Positions 39,725-52,300 of a stretch of 64,000 nt of DNA are shown one piece after another; positions within the stretch are counted from its first letter, which is position 1; each line of letters begins with the position of its first letter. Below the pieces are notes generated by a model. That model had not been told where the DNA came from, made no database searches, and was given only the letters and a program-made list of their open reading frames with translations. Made by a program: the position numbers and the translations under genes. The DNA is from the human T2T-CHM13v2.0 reference genome, Homo sapiens: the NCBI GenBank assembly GCA_009914755.4, contig CP068257.2, forward strand, positions 22,528,001-22,592,000, given 5' to 3'.

Positions 39725-41449
39725 AATAAAATACGGAGGCTCGGGTATTTTCTTATAGTCGTACAAATGGACTAAGACAATTGTGATGAGTTAGAATTTA
39801 AAGAGAAGAAATAAAAAGAGCAAAAACCTCTGAAAAGGCAAGATGTCCTGAAATACAGAGATTATTTCAAAAAGACATGATACACCTTATCTTCATAAGA
39901 AGAGAGAATTGGGGGAGAAAAGAGAAATCAGTACAAGTAGGCCTGTGTATTCGACAGCAGGAAGTTGAAATATTTCCTTCCTTTTATTTTGTTGACAAAA
40001 TAACAACATGTCAATCTGTAAGACAGAAGTAAGTGCAAAAAGGTTTGGATACTGAATTGGTATGAGAAGCTCTGAAAAACGTACAGTGAGGAATGGGAGA
40101 GAACACTGATTAAGGAACAATAGAATGATTGCTGCATAAACTTGGTGCCTCCATTAAATAAATGAGAGAGGAAACCAATTACTCTATGTAGATGGACACT
40201 TCATAGACAAGAGTACAATAGTTTTCAAGGAAACAGCAGCAATTGCAAACGTTTTTAAATTATATAGTATTTATCTTTGGGTTCGGGGAGTAGTGTGTTC
40301 CTGGGGGTTCCAGTATGTTTAAGAAAGACTTTTAGAATGAACAAGAGATTGACAAGATTATTAAGTCCCAAGAGGAAATACGGATTAGACAAGCATCCTA
40401 ACCTCCGTGAACTGCTCCAGGCCTGACAGGAAGAAGAATAACTGTAATGTACTAACAATCACAAATATAGTAGCTAAGATATATATGTCATACGTTGTCA
40501 TGACAAATTGTCTATGCAAATTATCTCATATCATCATCTCTGCAAAGTTATACAATAAAATTATCATTTTCTCCATTATGCAGATAAAACAAAACAAAAC
40601 AGAAGCAATGGCAGAAACACAGGATAAGGCCTCCAAGTCAGGGCATTCTGGGATGTTTTAGTTTATTGGATATAACGATGATATTTGTATTAACGTAAGC
40701 TTAGGGGCATTAAGTTTGCTGACTGTATCTTGCTTACCATACATAAAACCCAATCATCTCCTCCTCAAGGGAGATAGCACAAATTGACCTAAGCAGTTAG
40801 TTTTCCAGCTTAAAATTCAAAATTGGTTTTCACATTAGGTTTACATAATCTCCTTGTAAACTGACAACCAATCAACTAAAATTGAAGTTACCCTAGGACA
40901 TCAAATATACGACACGGGAAAAAGAACTAAAAGCCAAAACTAAAACTTTAATTTGGAAAAGAAAGATTAAGACACCTACTGTATTTATTGACCCAAGGAA
41001 ATTATCAAATCTCCCAGGTGGAAGGAGTGAAAACTCTCTCCTCCGGCTGTAAGGTTAATTTCTTAACTAGTCCATCTGCTATAGTCTTATTCTATGCTGG
41101 TATGACTCTTTTGTCCAATGTGCTTTATGGTCCCTAACTTTGTTCCCTGGAGGACTTTTGCTTATATATTTCATTGGTAAACTAGAGTAAAAGGAAGCTT
41201 GGGAAAAACTTAAGAGATTGTACTCATCTAGGGATGATGGTGATAGCAAGTGTCAAAATGAAGAGATTGATTTCTCTGACAAAAATATTAATTGACAAAT
41301 TGTGAGGTTCTGTTGGAAATTACTGTCAAAGGAGCACAATATTTTAAAAATTACTTCTAAGATTTAAACAAACCATGTAGTAGAATAGCAATGACACCAA
41401 AAGTAACAGAGCTTTTTTACCTCTCCTCTGAAGAAATTAGTCTGTCCAG

Positions 41450-42850
41450 CAGCACAATGTGAGAAAACAATGGTACTCCAGAAATAAATTTGAACTTAGA
41501 TTATTAACTGTGATTAATATACTTAAGTAATCAAAACTACTATGATCTAAATGTAAAACACAAAACTGTAAAACTCCTAGAAGTTACCACAGGAGAAAAT
41601 CTAGATGACCTAGGGTTTGGTGAAGACTTTTTAGGTACAACACTACAGGCACAATCTATGAAAGAAATAATTGAAAAGCTGTACTTCATTAAAATTAACA
41701 GTTTCTGCTATACAAAAGACAATGAGAAGAGAATAAAAATAGAATCTACAGACTAGGAGATAATATTTGCAAAAGACATATTTGAAAAATAACTGTTTCC
41801 CAAAATACACAACATTTAAAACTCAACAGTAAGGAAACAAACTACCCAATTAAAAAATGGGCTAAAGTTCTTAACAGATATGTCAGCAAGGAAGATAGAC
41901 ATATGGCAAATAAATGTAGTAATTGATTATCCACATTATGCCTCATCAATGTAATGGAAAAATAATAAAACAAAGAAATATGATTACACACCTGTTAGAA
42001 TATCTAAAATCCACAGCACTGACAACATCAAATGCTTGTGAGGATGTCGAGCAACAGGAACTCTCCTCCATTGCTGATAGAAATAGAAAGTGATATAGCC
42101 ACTTTGGAAGACAGTTGGCATTTCTTACATAATTCAACTTACTCTTCCCATAAGATCCAACGATCGCTCTTGTTGGTATTTACCCAAAGGAGTTGAAAAT
42201 TTATATCAACAAGAAAACTTACATACAGATATTTGTAATGGCTTTATTCATAACTGCCAAAACTTGAAAGCAACCAAGATATCCTTCAGTAGGTAAAAGG
42301 ATAAACTGTGCTAAATGCAGCCTATGAAATGTTATTCAAACCTAACAAGAAATGAATTACAGAGTCATGAGAAGACATGGAACAAAACTTAATGAACATT
42401 TTTAAGTGAAAGAAACCAGTCTTAAAGGCTACGTACTTCATGATTCCAGCTATATGACAGTCTGGAAAAGGCACAACTATGAAGACAGTAAAAAGATCAG
42501 TGGTTGCTGGGGTGTTGGTGTGGGGAGGGAAAGATGATCGGCAGAGCACAAGGAATTTTTAGGGAAGTGAAGCAACTCTGTGTGATACTACAACGATGGA
42601 TACATGGCATTATAAATTTGCCCAATTCTATACAGTGTACAAGACCAAGAGTGAAGCCTTATATTAACTATATCCTTGGATAATAATTTATTAATATTGA
42701 TTGTTCCTTTGCAACAAATGCAGCACTCTGGTGGGGGATGTTGATAATAGGGGAGGCTACAGATGTGTGGAGGCAGGGGGTATATGAGAAATCTGTGTAC
42801 CTTCTGCTCAATTTTGCTGTGAACCTAAAACTTCTTTAAAAAAATGAAGT
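41450..42850 (+). mobile_element. Older L1 (L1M/L1PB-like) ORF2 C-terminus plus 3'UTR, plus orientation
   Basis: ..aaaactcctagaagttaccacaggagaaaatctagatgacctagggtttgg..ttctgctatacaaaagacaatgagaagagaataaaaatagaatctacagactaggagataatatttgcaaaagacat..aaaatgggctaaag..cacacctgttagaatatctaaaatcc..ttggtatttacccaaaggagttgaaaatttatatc.. runs on to a 3'UTR ending cctaaaacttctttaaaaaaa. The 5' boundary is approximate. Confidence 0.75.
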
Positions 42851-43475
42851 CTTTTACAATGTTGGTGAGAGTGTAAGTTAGTTCAACCATTGTGGAAGAC
42901 AGTGTGGCGATTCCTCAAGGTTCTAGAACTAGAAATACCATTTGACCCAGCCATCCCATTACTGGGCATATACCCAAAGGATTATAAACCATTCTACTAT
43001 AAAGACACATGCACACATATATTTATTGTGGCACTGCTCGAAATAGCAAAGACTTAGAACCAACCCAAATGCCCATCAGTGATAGACTCGATAAAGAAAA
43101 TATGACACATATACACCATGAAACACTATGCAGCCATAAAAACGATTGATTGAGTTCATGTCCTTGGCAGGGAAATGGATGATACAGGAAATCATCATTC
43201 TCAGCAAATTAACACAAGAACAGAAAACCAAACACTGCATGTTCTCACTCATAAGTGGGAGCTGATCAATGAGAACACCTGGACACAGGGAGGGGAACAT
43301 CACACACTGGGGCCTGTCGGGGGATGGGGGACTAGGGGAGGGATAGCATTAGGAGAAATACCTAATGTAGATTACGTGTTGATAGGTGCAGCAAACCACC
43401 ATGGCACGTGTGTACCTGTATAAAAAACCTGCATGTTCTGTACATATAGCCCAGAACTTAAAGTATAAAAAAATT
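42851..43475 (+). mobile_element. Young L1PA-type 3' end (about 625 bp, 5'-truncated, no inversion) inserted at the A-tail of the older L1
   Basis: cttttacaatgttggtgagagtgtaagttagttcaaccattgtggaagacagtgtggcgattcctcaaggttctagaactagaaataccatttgacccagccatcccattactgggcatatacccaaaggattataaacc.. continues to ..cctgcatgttctgtacatatagcccagaacttaaagtataaaaaaatt. A 13-bp TSD, aaaaaaatgaagt (42838-42850) / aaaaacatgaagt (43476-43488), flanks it. The ORFs at 43076-43423 are L1-derived. Confidence 0.88.
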
Positions 43476-44654
43476 AAAAACATGAAGTATATTAAGCATG
43501 TAAAAAATGCTACTATAATCTTAAATATGTTACAATAACGTGTCTATAAAATATGAGCCGAGCACACTTCCACAGTGTAACTCTTCTAGCTCATATGAAT
43601 AAAGTATGTGTATGTGTGCATGCATTCACATGCAACTTGCAAAGCCAACAAATGAATTCTGAAATTAAGACTTTGGCTGATGGTGTCTTGAATGTTATTT
43701 CTCAAATGACTATGCAATACTTACCAATTTAAACTCCATTTATAATTTTTCCTAATTCTTTGTCAACAAACAATATTATTGATTCTCTTTTATTTGTGCA
43801 TACTGTAATGTCCCTTTCTGATATATTTGTGAGATCTATTCATTAGCACTGGGAATAACTATGCCCCTCCTTGTTTTCTGTGCTAGTACACTCTACGTTA
43901 TTTGTTTCCCTATTCAATTACAGATGTTAGACATTTGTATACTTTATGGTCCGGTTAACTCAATTAAGTTTCCAGCTGGTTGGTTTACCTATCCCTTCGT
44001 ATCATGAAACTTTTATAACTATATTTGGATTCCCATCACAGAGTGACATTACCTGCTTGAATAAACTTAAGAACGTGATTAAATCATTGCAATTGTATGG
44101 ATTGTTGATTCTGTTTGTAAGTAAGGTTACGTATTTTTCCCTTTTCTCTCAATATTTCTCTCTCTTTTCTATTATGCATTTAGGCCTACTGTGTTCTGTG
44201 ATCACTGGTTCTGGGAATGGGTGTGACTCTGAAGAAAGCAGGAAAGAACCATTAATAACCTTATAGAGATTTTCATGCCCCAGAGTTATAAATAATACAC
44301 CCAATGTCGCTCATGCCCTGAAGCCTGACATGGGAATAACAGTTATTCTCCTGTGAAAAATAGCCATCATGCAAAAGGATCAGATTAGTGGCAGCCCACA
44401 CCGATGAGTGAGGAAGTCTCAGAGGGCTCCCATGTGCACAAGCTATTTGAAGGAGAAATGGAACTATGACATTGCAGTCATGTTCCAGACTATTGATAAC
44501 TGGGGCGGGGGTGGGGGGGAAGAAAGGAATCCTGTTGTTTAATTTGAGTGTGATCACCCTAGAAGAATGGGGGTTCAAATTATAGTTTAACTTGAGTTAT
44601 GAAAAATGTATATATTTAAAATATTTAAGTTTAAGGTTTCTCATCTGTTGTGAA

Positions 44655-44876
44655 ATAAAAAACAAAAGAAAGGGAGGGAGGAAGGAAGGAAGGAAAGGGG
44701 GAGGGAGGGACTGAGGGAAAGAGATAAAGAGAAAGAAAGAGAAGGAGGGAGAGAGAAAGAGAAAGGGAGGGAGGGAGGAAGTAAGAAAGGAAAGAAGGAA
44801 GGGAGGAAGGAGAGAAGAAGCAAGGAAAGAAAAGAGAGAAGGGGGAGGGAGGGAAGAAAGGAAGGGAGAGAAGAGG
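44655..44876. repeat. Polypurine (GGAA/GA/GGGA)n tract, about 220 bp
   Basis: aaaaaacaaaagaaagggagggaggaaggaaggaaggaaagggggagggagggactgagggaaagagataaagagaaagaaagagaaggagggagagagaaagag... is almost exclusively A/G on the plus strand with a few C/T interruptions. The ORFs at 44597-44908 (LPPS/FLPS repeats) are artefacts. Confidence 0.9.
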
Positions 44877-46136
44877 CCCTCAGTTATTAGTCTTATCCTC
44901 ATTCTCATATTTTAGCTGTTATATATTTGACTTGTTGATTCACTATTCATTGAAATAATCTAGCAATAATAGTATTCAACTGTGTACATGAGCTTAATAG
45001 GTGATGCAAATAAGTGAGGCTAGCAGGCCATGAAGAATTACTTTTTAATTTTATTTTTATTGTTTTCAATCCTGCTTCTTCTGTAGAGAATTTTAAGTGA
45101 CAGCAATGCTGGAAGGGACGGGAGGAGGGCAAAGATTGAAAATCCTTTTTAATGGAGACTATAGTTTCTTTGTTCTAGCTAGTTATTGCATTATGAAAAT
45201 GCAAGCCATATATAACTAGATGTTTTTTCAGAATAAGCTGGAAATGCTCTTTCTTTATTCCTAAATTGACAATATTGAAAACACTGTACAAGAAAAAACA
45301 TACCGTGTCTATAGTTTTCATCCTGCTTTTGTATCCCATTTTGTGTTCTCTGCCTTTAGAGTATTTATTTTCCAACTTACATACAGCATGGAAAATCTGT
45401 CATATATATTACGAGGTTGCCAAATAAATAGAATAACCAGGAATCTTCTGGTTGAAGTGCTGAAAGGGAAGTGAGTGTTCCCACGTCCCACACCTTTCTT
45501 TCCACCATGGGTGCCTTCAAAGAACAGAAATTCAAGGTCACAGGCCAAAAGAATTCCATGTTGTTGTTTCTAGAAAAGCCAAATGAATAAACTATTAGAG
45601 TAAACAGCTCTCAAATCAAGAGATTAAAAAAGCATTTATGTAGAAACTTGGGCATCCAGTAGCTTCAATGCTACTAGTGAACTTTCAAATACTTTAAGCT
45701 ATTTAATAGACAAACATACTTTAAAAAATATTGGGACTGTGGAATCCTATCAAAATTCTTAAAAATCACTGTGCAAAGCAGTGTAGAAGTGATATTTTGC
45801 TTTATTTTGACACTTAAGTAAGTCCCTTCATTATTTTTAGAAGACCTTGCCCTGTATTTTATAGTTTACCTTTTCTAACATGTGTTATTCCCTTTTCCAA
45901 TTTAATCATCACCACATCCTGAGGGGTAAGACAAAAATCCTTACTGACACTTCATTTTTAGCATTCTTTTTTCTCATTTGCCTTTGTCCAGGGGCACTAG
46001 AAACTTCACAATTCCCTGCACTCAATGAGAAGCTCATAGTTCCTTTTTTACTCAGCATTCACATTCAAAAAGTCTGTGCAGTTTCTATGAACTGGAAAAT
46101 TGGCTATCCTTGATTTCACTATCTTAGAACCGAATA

Positions 46137-46215
46137 TATTAATTACATATTAAATAGCATGTTAACTCTTAACTGAATTTATTAATTACATATTAAATAG
46201 CATATTAACTCTTAC
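46137..46215. repeat. 43-bp tandem duplication (2 copies)
   Basis: tattaattacatattaaatagcatgttaactcttaactgaatt is followed by tattaattacatattaaatagcatattaactcttacaaataaatt. Confidence 0.85.
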
Positions 46216-48160
46216 AAATAAATTACTGTGATTTTAGAAGCTACTGCTTATCATATTGTCTCTGCAGCCTTTTAGAGGCAATGATACTACAATCTATGTA
46301 TTAGTAACACCAATGGCAAGGATTTCAAGATGTGGCCAGCTAGAGGGCATATTGCTTAAAAGTCCAGGATTTTAGCTTACTTCAGACAGTGCTACGTAGA
46401 TGACACACAGTCAGTATAACCTGATCTTAGCTCTGAACTCCAGACAACTCCATGGAAAAGAAGCTAATGTCCTTGCTGTAACAGATCAAAAACTGCGATC
46501 TCTGAAGGATGTCTAAACCGTCACAGCAAGTCATAGGGGGAATATTCTCTTGGGTCTGTTAGCTGTTTTAATTTTAATAATTCAAGTAAATGTTAAGATT
46601 TACAGGATTGAGCTAAAACAGTTTGCTTACTGTAGCTTCTAGTGTTTCCGAATATGGAAAATATATTGTCAAAATATATTTCTTTCTTTCACATTGTAAA
46701 TTATATGGATGGCTCACCATACCATAATTTATTTGCAAACCTAATTAGTTTTTAGAATTTACATCAAATATACATTGCTTAAAAACATGGCTAGTGGATC
46801 TAACTATTTCACATAGATATTATGCCAGAAGGCATATTATAAAAAACATTTAAACACTCCAATCTGGATAACAGTGAAAAGTTTTCTACTTAAAATTTAT
46901 CTTATAATATCCTTAAATTATCTAATCTTCCATCATAAGAATGGCTTAGCTTTACTAGTTCAAGGGCTATGTAAGATAATATAAGAGGCAAGCTTCATCT
47001 TTAGTTTATATTCTTCTTCATTTGTCATTAAACATCTTATAAGCCTGCCATTTTTATCTGGCTTTAAACAGTAAGTGGAGATGTCAGAAAATACGAATAA
47101 TATATACAATTTCAGATTCAAATATTGAAAACAGAATGTCATTTTTTTCTTTTTCTCCTGTGGAATTATTATTCAGAAAACACTTCAGGTATTAGGCAAT
47201 CATCCATTAATTACTTAGTGGTTATTATTAACAAAATGCCGTTTTTTTTCCTAAAGAAACTATTGATTTTGTGAAAGCATGTTAAACGTTTAACACATCC
47301 TTTCATTCCTGGATTCAAAAGTATTTATTGAGTGTTCACTATATGCCAATCACTGACTATTGTCAAACCATGTCCGTATGAGGAGGAATGAATCACCATC
47401 CCTAACCTCAAGAAAATTATTCCCTGGTGAAGGAGACAAATATATGCACATTATAGCACAGCATTCTTGGTGCCAAAAGGAGTATGAGTGTAGTGGTATG
47501 GTTGCTCTATGAGAAAAAAATGCTGACATTTGCCTTGGGAATTACTGTTAATAATAGAATAGAAATCGGCCAGTGGGCAAAGTGGTGAAAAGCATTCCAT
47601 ATAGATTAAAGACACAAAACAATTAAAGATCATTGAGAATTCAGAGAACTGTGAGCACTTAAGTATTCCTCAGGTGCAGCATGTAAGGCTAGAAAGCTAA
47701 GTGGAGTTATATTTTAATAGCCTTGTGAGTCAAGCCACATTTTATGTTGTAGGTAATAGCAGGCCATTACACTAGTGACTCCTAATCTAGAGTGTGCATT
47801 TATTTACCTTCTAAGTTGAGAGAGAGAGAGAGATAAAACACCTAAATTGAGATTCTACTTTAGTAAGGCTGGAATAGTAGTGTTTGGGAACCAGTATTGA
47901 TCATTATCATTATTATTTTAATAACCTTCATCAGGGGTCCTGACTTGGGCTGCTGGCTAAAACTCACATCATTTAAGGGTTTTATGACAAGGGAGTAGCA
48001 TAATTAGATGCTTATTTTATAAAGCTTATTTTGGTATCTGTATCAACAATGTATCATAGGGGAAGTAAGCATAAAGACCAAAAGACCAAATAGAAAGCTA
48101 TTGTACCTGTACAGGTGAGAAGTTATAAGTATCAATCAAAGTCTATGAACAGGAATTGGA

Positions 48161-48497
48161 GGATGGGTGTGGTGGCTCAGGCCTGTAATCCCAGCACTTT
48201 GGGAGGCAGAGGCAGGCAGATCACGTGAGGTCGGGAGTTTGAGACCAGCCTGAAAAACATGGTGAAACCCCGTCTCTACTAAAAATACAAAAGTTAGCCG
48301 GGCATGGTGGTGCACGCCTGTAATTCCAGCTACTTTGGAAGCTGAGTCAGGAGAATCGCTTGAATCTGGGAAGCGGAGGTTGCAGGAGAACCGCTTGAAC
48401 CTGGGGACTGGAGGTTGCAGTGAGCCAAGATTGCACCATTGCACTCCAGCCTTGGCAACAAGAGCAAACTCCATCTCAAAAAAAAAAAAAAAAAAAG
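48161..48497 (+). mobile_element. Alu SINE, plus orientation, with an internal duplication of about 31 bp
   Basis: The copy starts ggatgggtgtggtggctcaggcctgtaatcccagcactttgggaggcagaggcaggcagatcacgtgaggtcgggagtttgagacc. In it, ..gagaatcgcttgaatctgggaagcggaggttgcag is immediately repeated as gagaaccgcttgaacctggggactggaggttgcagtgagcc. A poly-A at 48479-48497 follows. The ORFs at 48136-48474 are Alu-derived. Confidence 0.9.
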
Positions 48498-48540
48498 AAT
48501 TGAAAATTAAGGAGGCTCACAAAGATAGTACCTATTTTTT

Positions 48541-48705
48541 ATACATATATATATTCCCATTTATAAATATATATAATATATATTTATATATTTATTTTCT
48601 GACACACATATATTACATATATGTAATTTCTGACGCATATATATTATATATAGTATATATTATATATATAATATGTGTAAATATATATATTTACAAATGG
48701 GAATG
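48541..48705. repeat. AT-rich low-complexity block bounded by a 20-bp inverted repeat
   Basis: cccatttataaatatatata at 48556-48575 pairs with tatatatatttacaaatggg at 48681-48700 (19/20 complementary). About 105 bp of TA-rich sequence lies between them. Confidence 0.75.
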
Positions 48706-49185
48706 TGTGAGAGTGCTTATTTAAGGCAATTCTAAATTTCTGATAGAGACAGCTGGAAAATTAAGTGTACAATAAATTTAACTTGGAAATCATTCATTAA
48801 TTAGAAGTTGGCATTTTAAAAGACCTCGTTTCTGTTATATACTACATGTGTGTGTTTGACACCAGTTATAAATAGAAATTATTAACTAGAGGTTTTATTT
48901 GAAAAATAAAAGGAGTCTGAAGTCCCAAAACAATTAATAATTATCTGATATTCAATTATATTGTTTATTTGGTGAAATCTAGATTCTTCTATCAGCATGA
49001 CTCACTGTATTGGACAGTCATTTGATTGAGTACAGGATCTGATACCAGGTTAGAGAACAAGGAGGAAAACAGAACTGTTAGTAATAGCATCTGTCCTAAC
49101 TACTTAATGGGAAAAGACACAGATTCGCAGCCTGTTTATTAATGACATACATGTAGTCTATCTTCAAGAACTCAAGAACTGAGGG

Positions 49186-49345
49186 TCAGATGTGGTGGTC
49201 TGCACCTGCAGTCCTAGCTGCTAGGGATGCTGAGGCAGGAGGATGGCTTGTGCCCAGGAGATGGAGGCTACAGTGAGTTGTGATTGTGCCACTGACTGAA
49301 GCCTGAGTGAGAGAGCAAGGTTCTGTCTCTTACGACAACAACAAC
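49186..49345 (+). mobile_element. Free right Alu monomer-like fragment (FRAM-like) with A-rich tail
   Basis: ggtcagatgtggtggtctgcacctgcagtcctagctgctagggatgctgaggcaggaggatggcttgtgcccaggagatggaggctacagtgagttgtgattgtgccactgactgaagcctgagtgagagagcaaggttctgtctc is followed by ttacgacaacaacaacaataaag. It matches only the right half of Alu. Confidence 0.7.
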
Positions 49346-52300
49346 AATAAAGAACTAAGAAATTGTAATCTGGTGAGGTAGCCATTTCCGTTTGAGGAAG
49401 GGAGTGCTTGGGAATCCCATCATCCACAGCCAGTATTACCTAATATAACTCTTTTCACAATAACTCTTCTAGATAATCTCTGGGCAGTGGCTTGCTCATC
49501 AAGAGCCAGCATTCTTGCCATGGCTGATGTTTCTCCAATCTCTACCAAAGGCTTTTCCATTATTTTACTGTTCTTAAATCTATATTTTACTTCAGTAAGC
49601 TAAGGCTTTTCAAATACGAATCTAATTGGCTAAATAATTGCCTCCCTAGTCAATTCTTACTTGTTCTATCCCAAGGAGATAAATGTGATTTAAAATATCA
49701 TAGAGTGCAAATACTAAGAAATACATTTCAGAATAATTCCATATAGTCTCTTTGCCTTTTGTAACACTTTTTTTCACTCTCCTAGGAAACTTCTTTTTTT
49801 ACAAATAAGAGGCATACTTCTTTTTCCTTTTTCTACTGTGGTGTTAAATATAATGGGGTTGGATGCAAAATATATAAATAAAATATTTTTTCCTGTTATT
49901 ATTGCTTCATAAAATTCTAATATGTTATTATACCTAAAAGTCAGTTTTCTAATGGTAGTATGTTATGTAGTTTAGATATGCTGAATGAAAACTTAAGATG
50001 ATATATACATTATTCAGTGTATGGGATTTAAAAACATGCCATGTCTAAATAATTTAGAAGCCTCATTCTTGTAGCGTTTTGAATTAAAATATAAGAAACA
50101 TCCCCAACATAATTTAATAGTGCATTTTTAAATTCAAGATCTAAATTCAACAAAAGTTAGAAAAATATAAAAAAGATTTCTATTAAAAAGTAGACTAACC
50201 AGTTAATAATCCAGAAGGGTAATTCTAACATCAATCAATTAAAAATAGTATTCTCCATGAATCATATCTAGGTCATTTTCCTCCAAAAATTTCATATATA
50301 TATGTATTTGTGTGTATATATATAATAAATTTGTGTATATATATAATATATTTGTGTATTGTATATGTTTTTATATACACCAAACTTTGCATAGCAAAAA
50401 TTTTAAAATATGCAGTGTGTACACATTTTTCCTAATGCCTGAAGGCACTGAGATAGAAACCTCACATTACCCATAGATTTATCTTTCTATGATGAATTAT
50501 TGACTATCACAGATTTGCGTTAAACATGGGAAAATCTAAAACAAGATTCATAACAATGCCACATACTTACTGCATTTTTGCTACAGTAAGTTTAATGAAT
50601 GAATCTCAGACTCTCTGCAGGAGGCAAGTGTTTCAACTCCTCCATGTCTTTCTGAGAATGGCTTAATCTCAATAAAAGAACCAAATTGCAGGCAGGCACA
50701 TCTGGCATGAAACAACACATGCACTACAGCCCTCAGTACAGTAAATCACTTCACACTGGGCACTGGCATGAGTCAGGTGTTGACAAGAGTTCTTGCAAAG
50801 CGTATACTAATACAATGAACAGTTATTATCAGAGTTAGATAATCTTCAGACATATAAGCAGTATGCACGAGAAGTATTACTGCTAACTTTCATTGATGTT
50901 GCAATGTCTACAAAAACTGTAATCAAGTTAAAGCTGTTCACACCCTCCCCTAAAAGTGTATCTTTTAAGTCTTCTTTACAATTGTTGTGTTGTATTCCAG
51001 GATTCTAGATCTCACGTCTAATTTTGGACAGATTTTAGTTCATTATACAAAGCATTAATGTGAATTGCTTCTGTGTTCCCTTGATTTATAATACATGGCT
51101 TTATATTAACAGATGTAGAGAACTCTGAAAATCAAACAAGGCAAAAATAATATATGGAACTTGGTGGATTTAGTTGGGGAAAAGTACGTATGTTTCTGTT
51201 TTTTATTTGCAATATACACATAATGTTTCTAACTTACCTGTATCAGTTGACTCTAGTTGTCTTCCAGCCTGCCCATCTCAACAATTGTATTATATATATT
51301 CTTATCCTAAAGTAATTATATTCTATTTTTATCCTAAAATATATTCTATATCGAATACATTCTTTATCTCTATCTAAAATATATTCTTATCCTAAAATAA
51401 TTAACACATAGTGTAAACAAAATGTTTACAGTGCTGTAAAAATGTGAGAATCAGAAGTGTTTTAAAATTATGTTCAATGTTTTATCAATATGCCACTATT
51501 TTAAAAGTATCATTTATATTTGTATTATATTTTATATGTATTTACAAGACCACACAAAGTGAAGAGTGTTTTGAATGGATCCCAAATAATTATTTTAAAA
51601 CTTTTGTTTTTATGCTTAAATAGACAAATCAGAACACATGTTATTTGGTCAAATATATAATAGGACACATGTAATTACTAAAGTAAACAGGGCTTTAGAA
51701 ATCTTATTTTTTTTTTCCTTTTGTAGCTAATGCCTGGATTCAGTATTTCAAAACTTTGGGAAAATTGTTTAATTTTACATAATATACTTGGAAATACTTG
51801 TAATATAATAGTAAATACCTGTAAGAGCTAGTTTCCTGTTTTTGTATTCATGACAATCGCTGCTTAGTATCATAGTTGTTATGAAAAATGCAACACATTT
51901 TTGTTTCTTCTTTATTATTAATGTATTTAACACTATAGAGTTTTGAGTTGAACACAAACCAGTAACTTTGAAAGAATGTAAATATAACAGAACAACAAAA
52001 TGCCTTAAACATAAGCTTTATAAAGTCAAACTGGTGATAACATTCTGTATTTGTTTTTTACCCACATCACCTTCTAAGGAAAACCATTCATTATTCTCTC
52101 CCCTATTCTACATGGGCAGCATCCTCAATGGCCAATTTTATATCATTTAATCCATATCTTCTCTTTTATGGTCATAATGATCAGACCAGAAAGTGGATAC
52201 ATTACTAAGTTTATGGACATATTGAAAATGTATTGAAAATGCTGTCATCATTAGATAAAAGATACCATGTATGTGGATTTTCGTACTTAACGATTTATAC

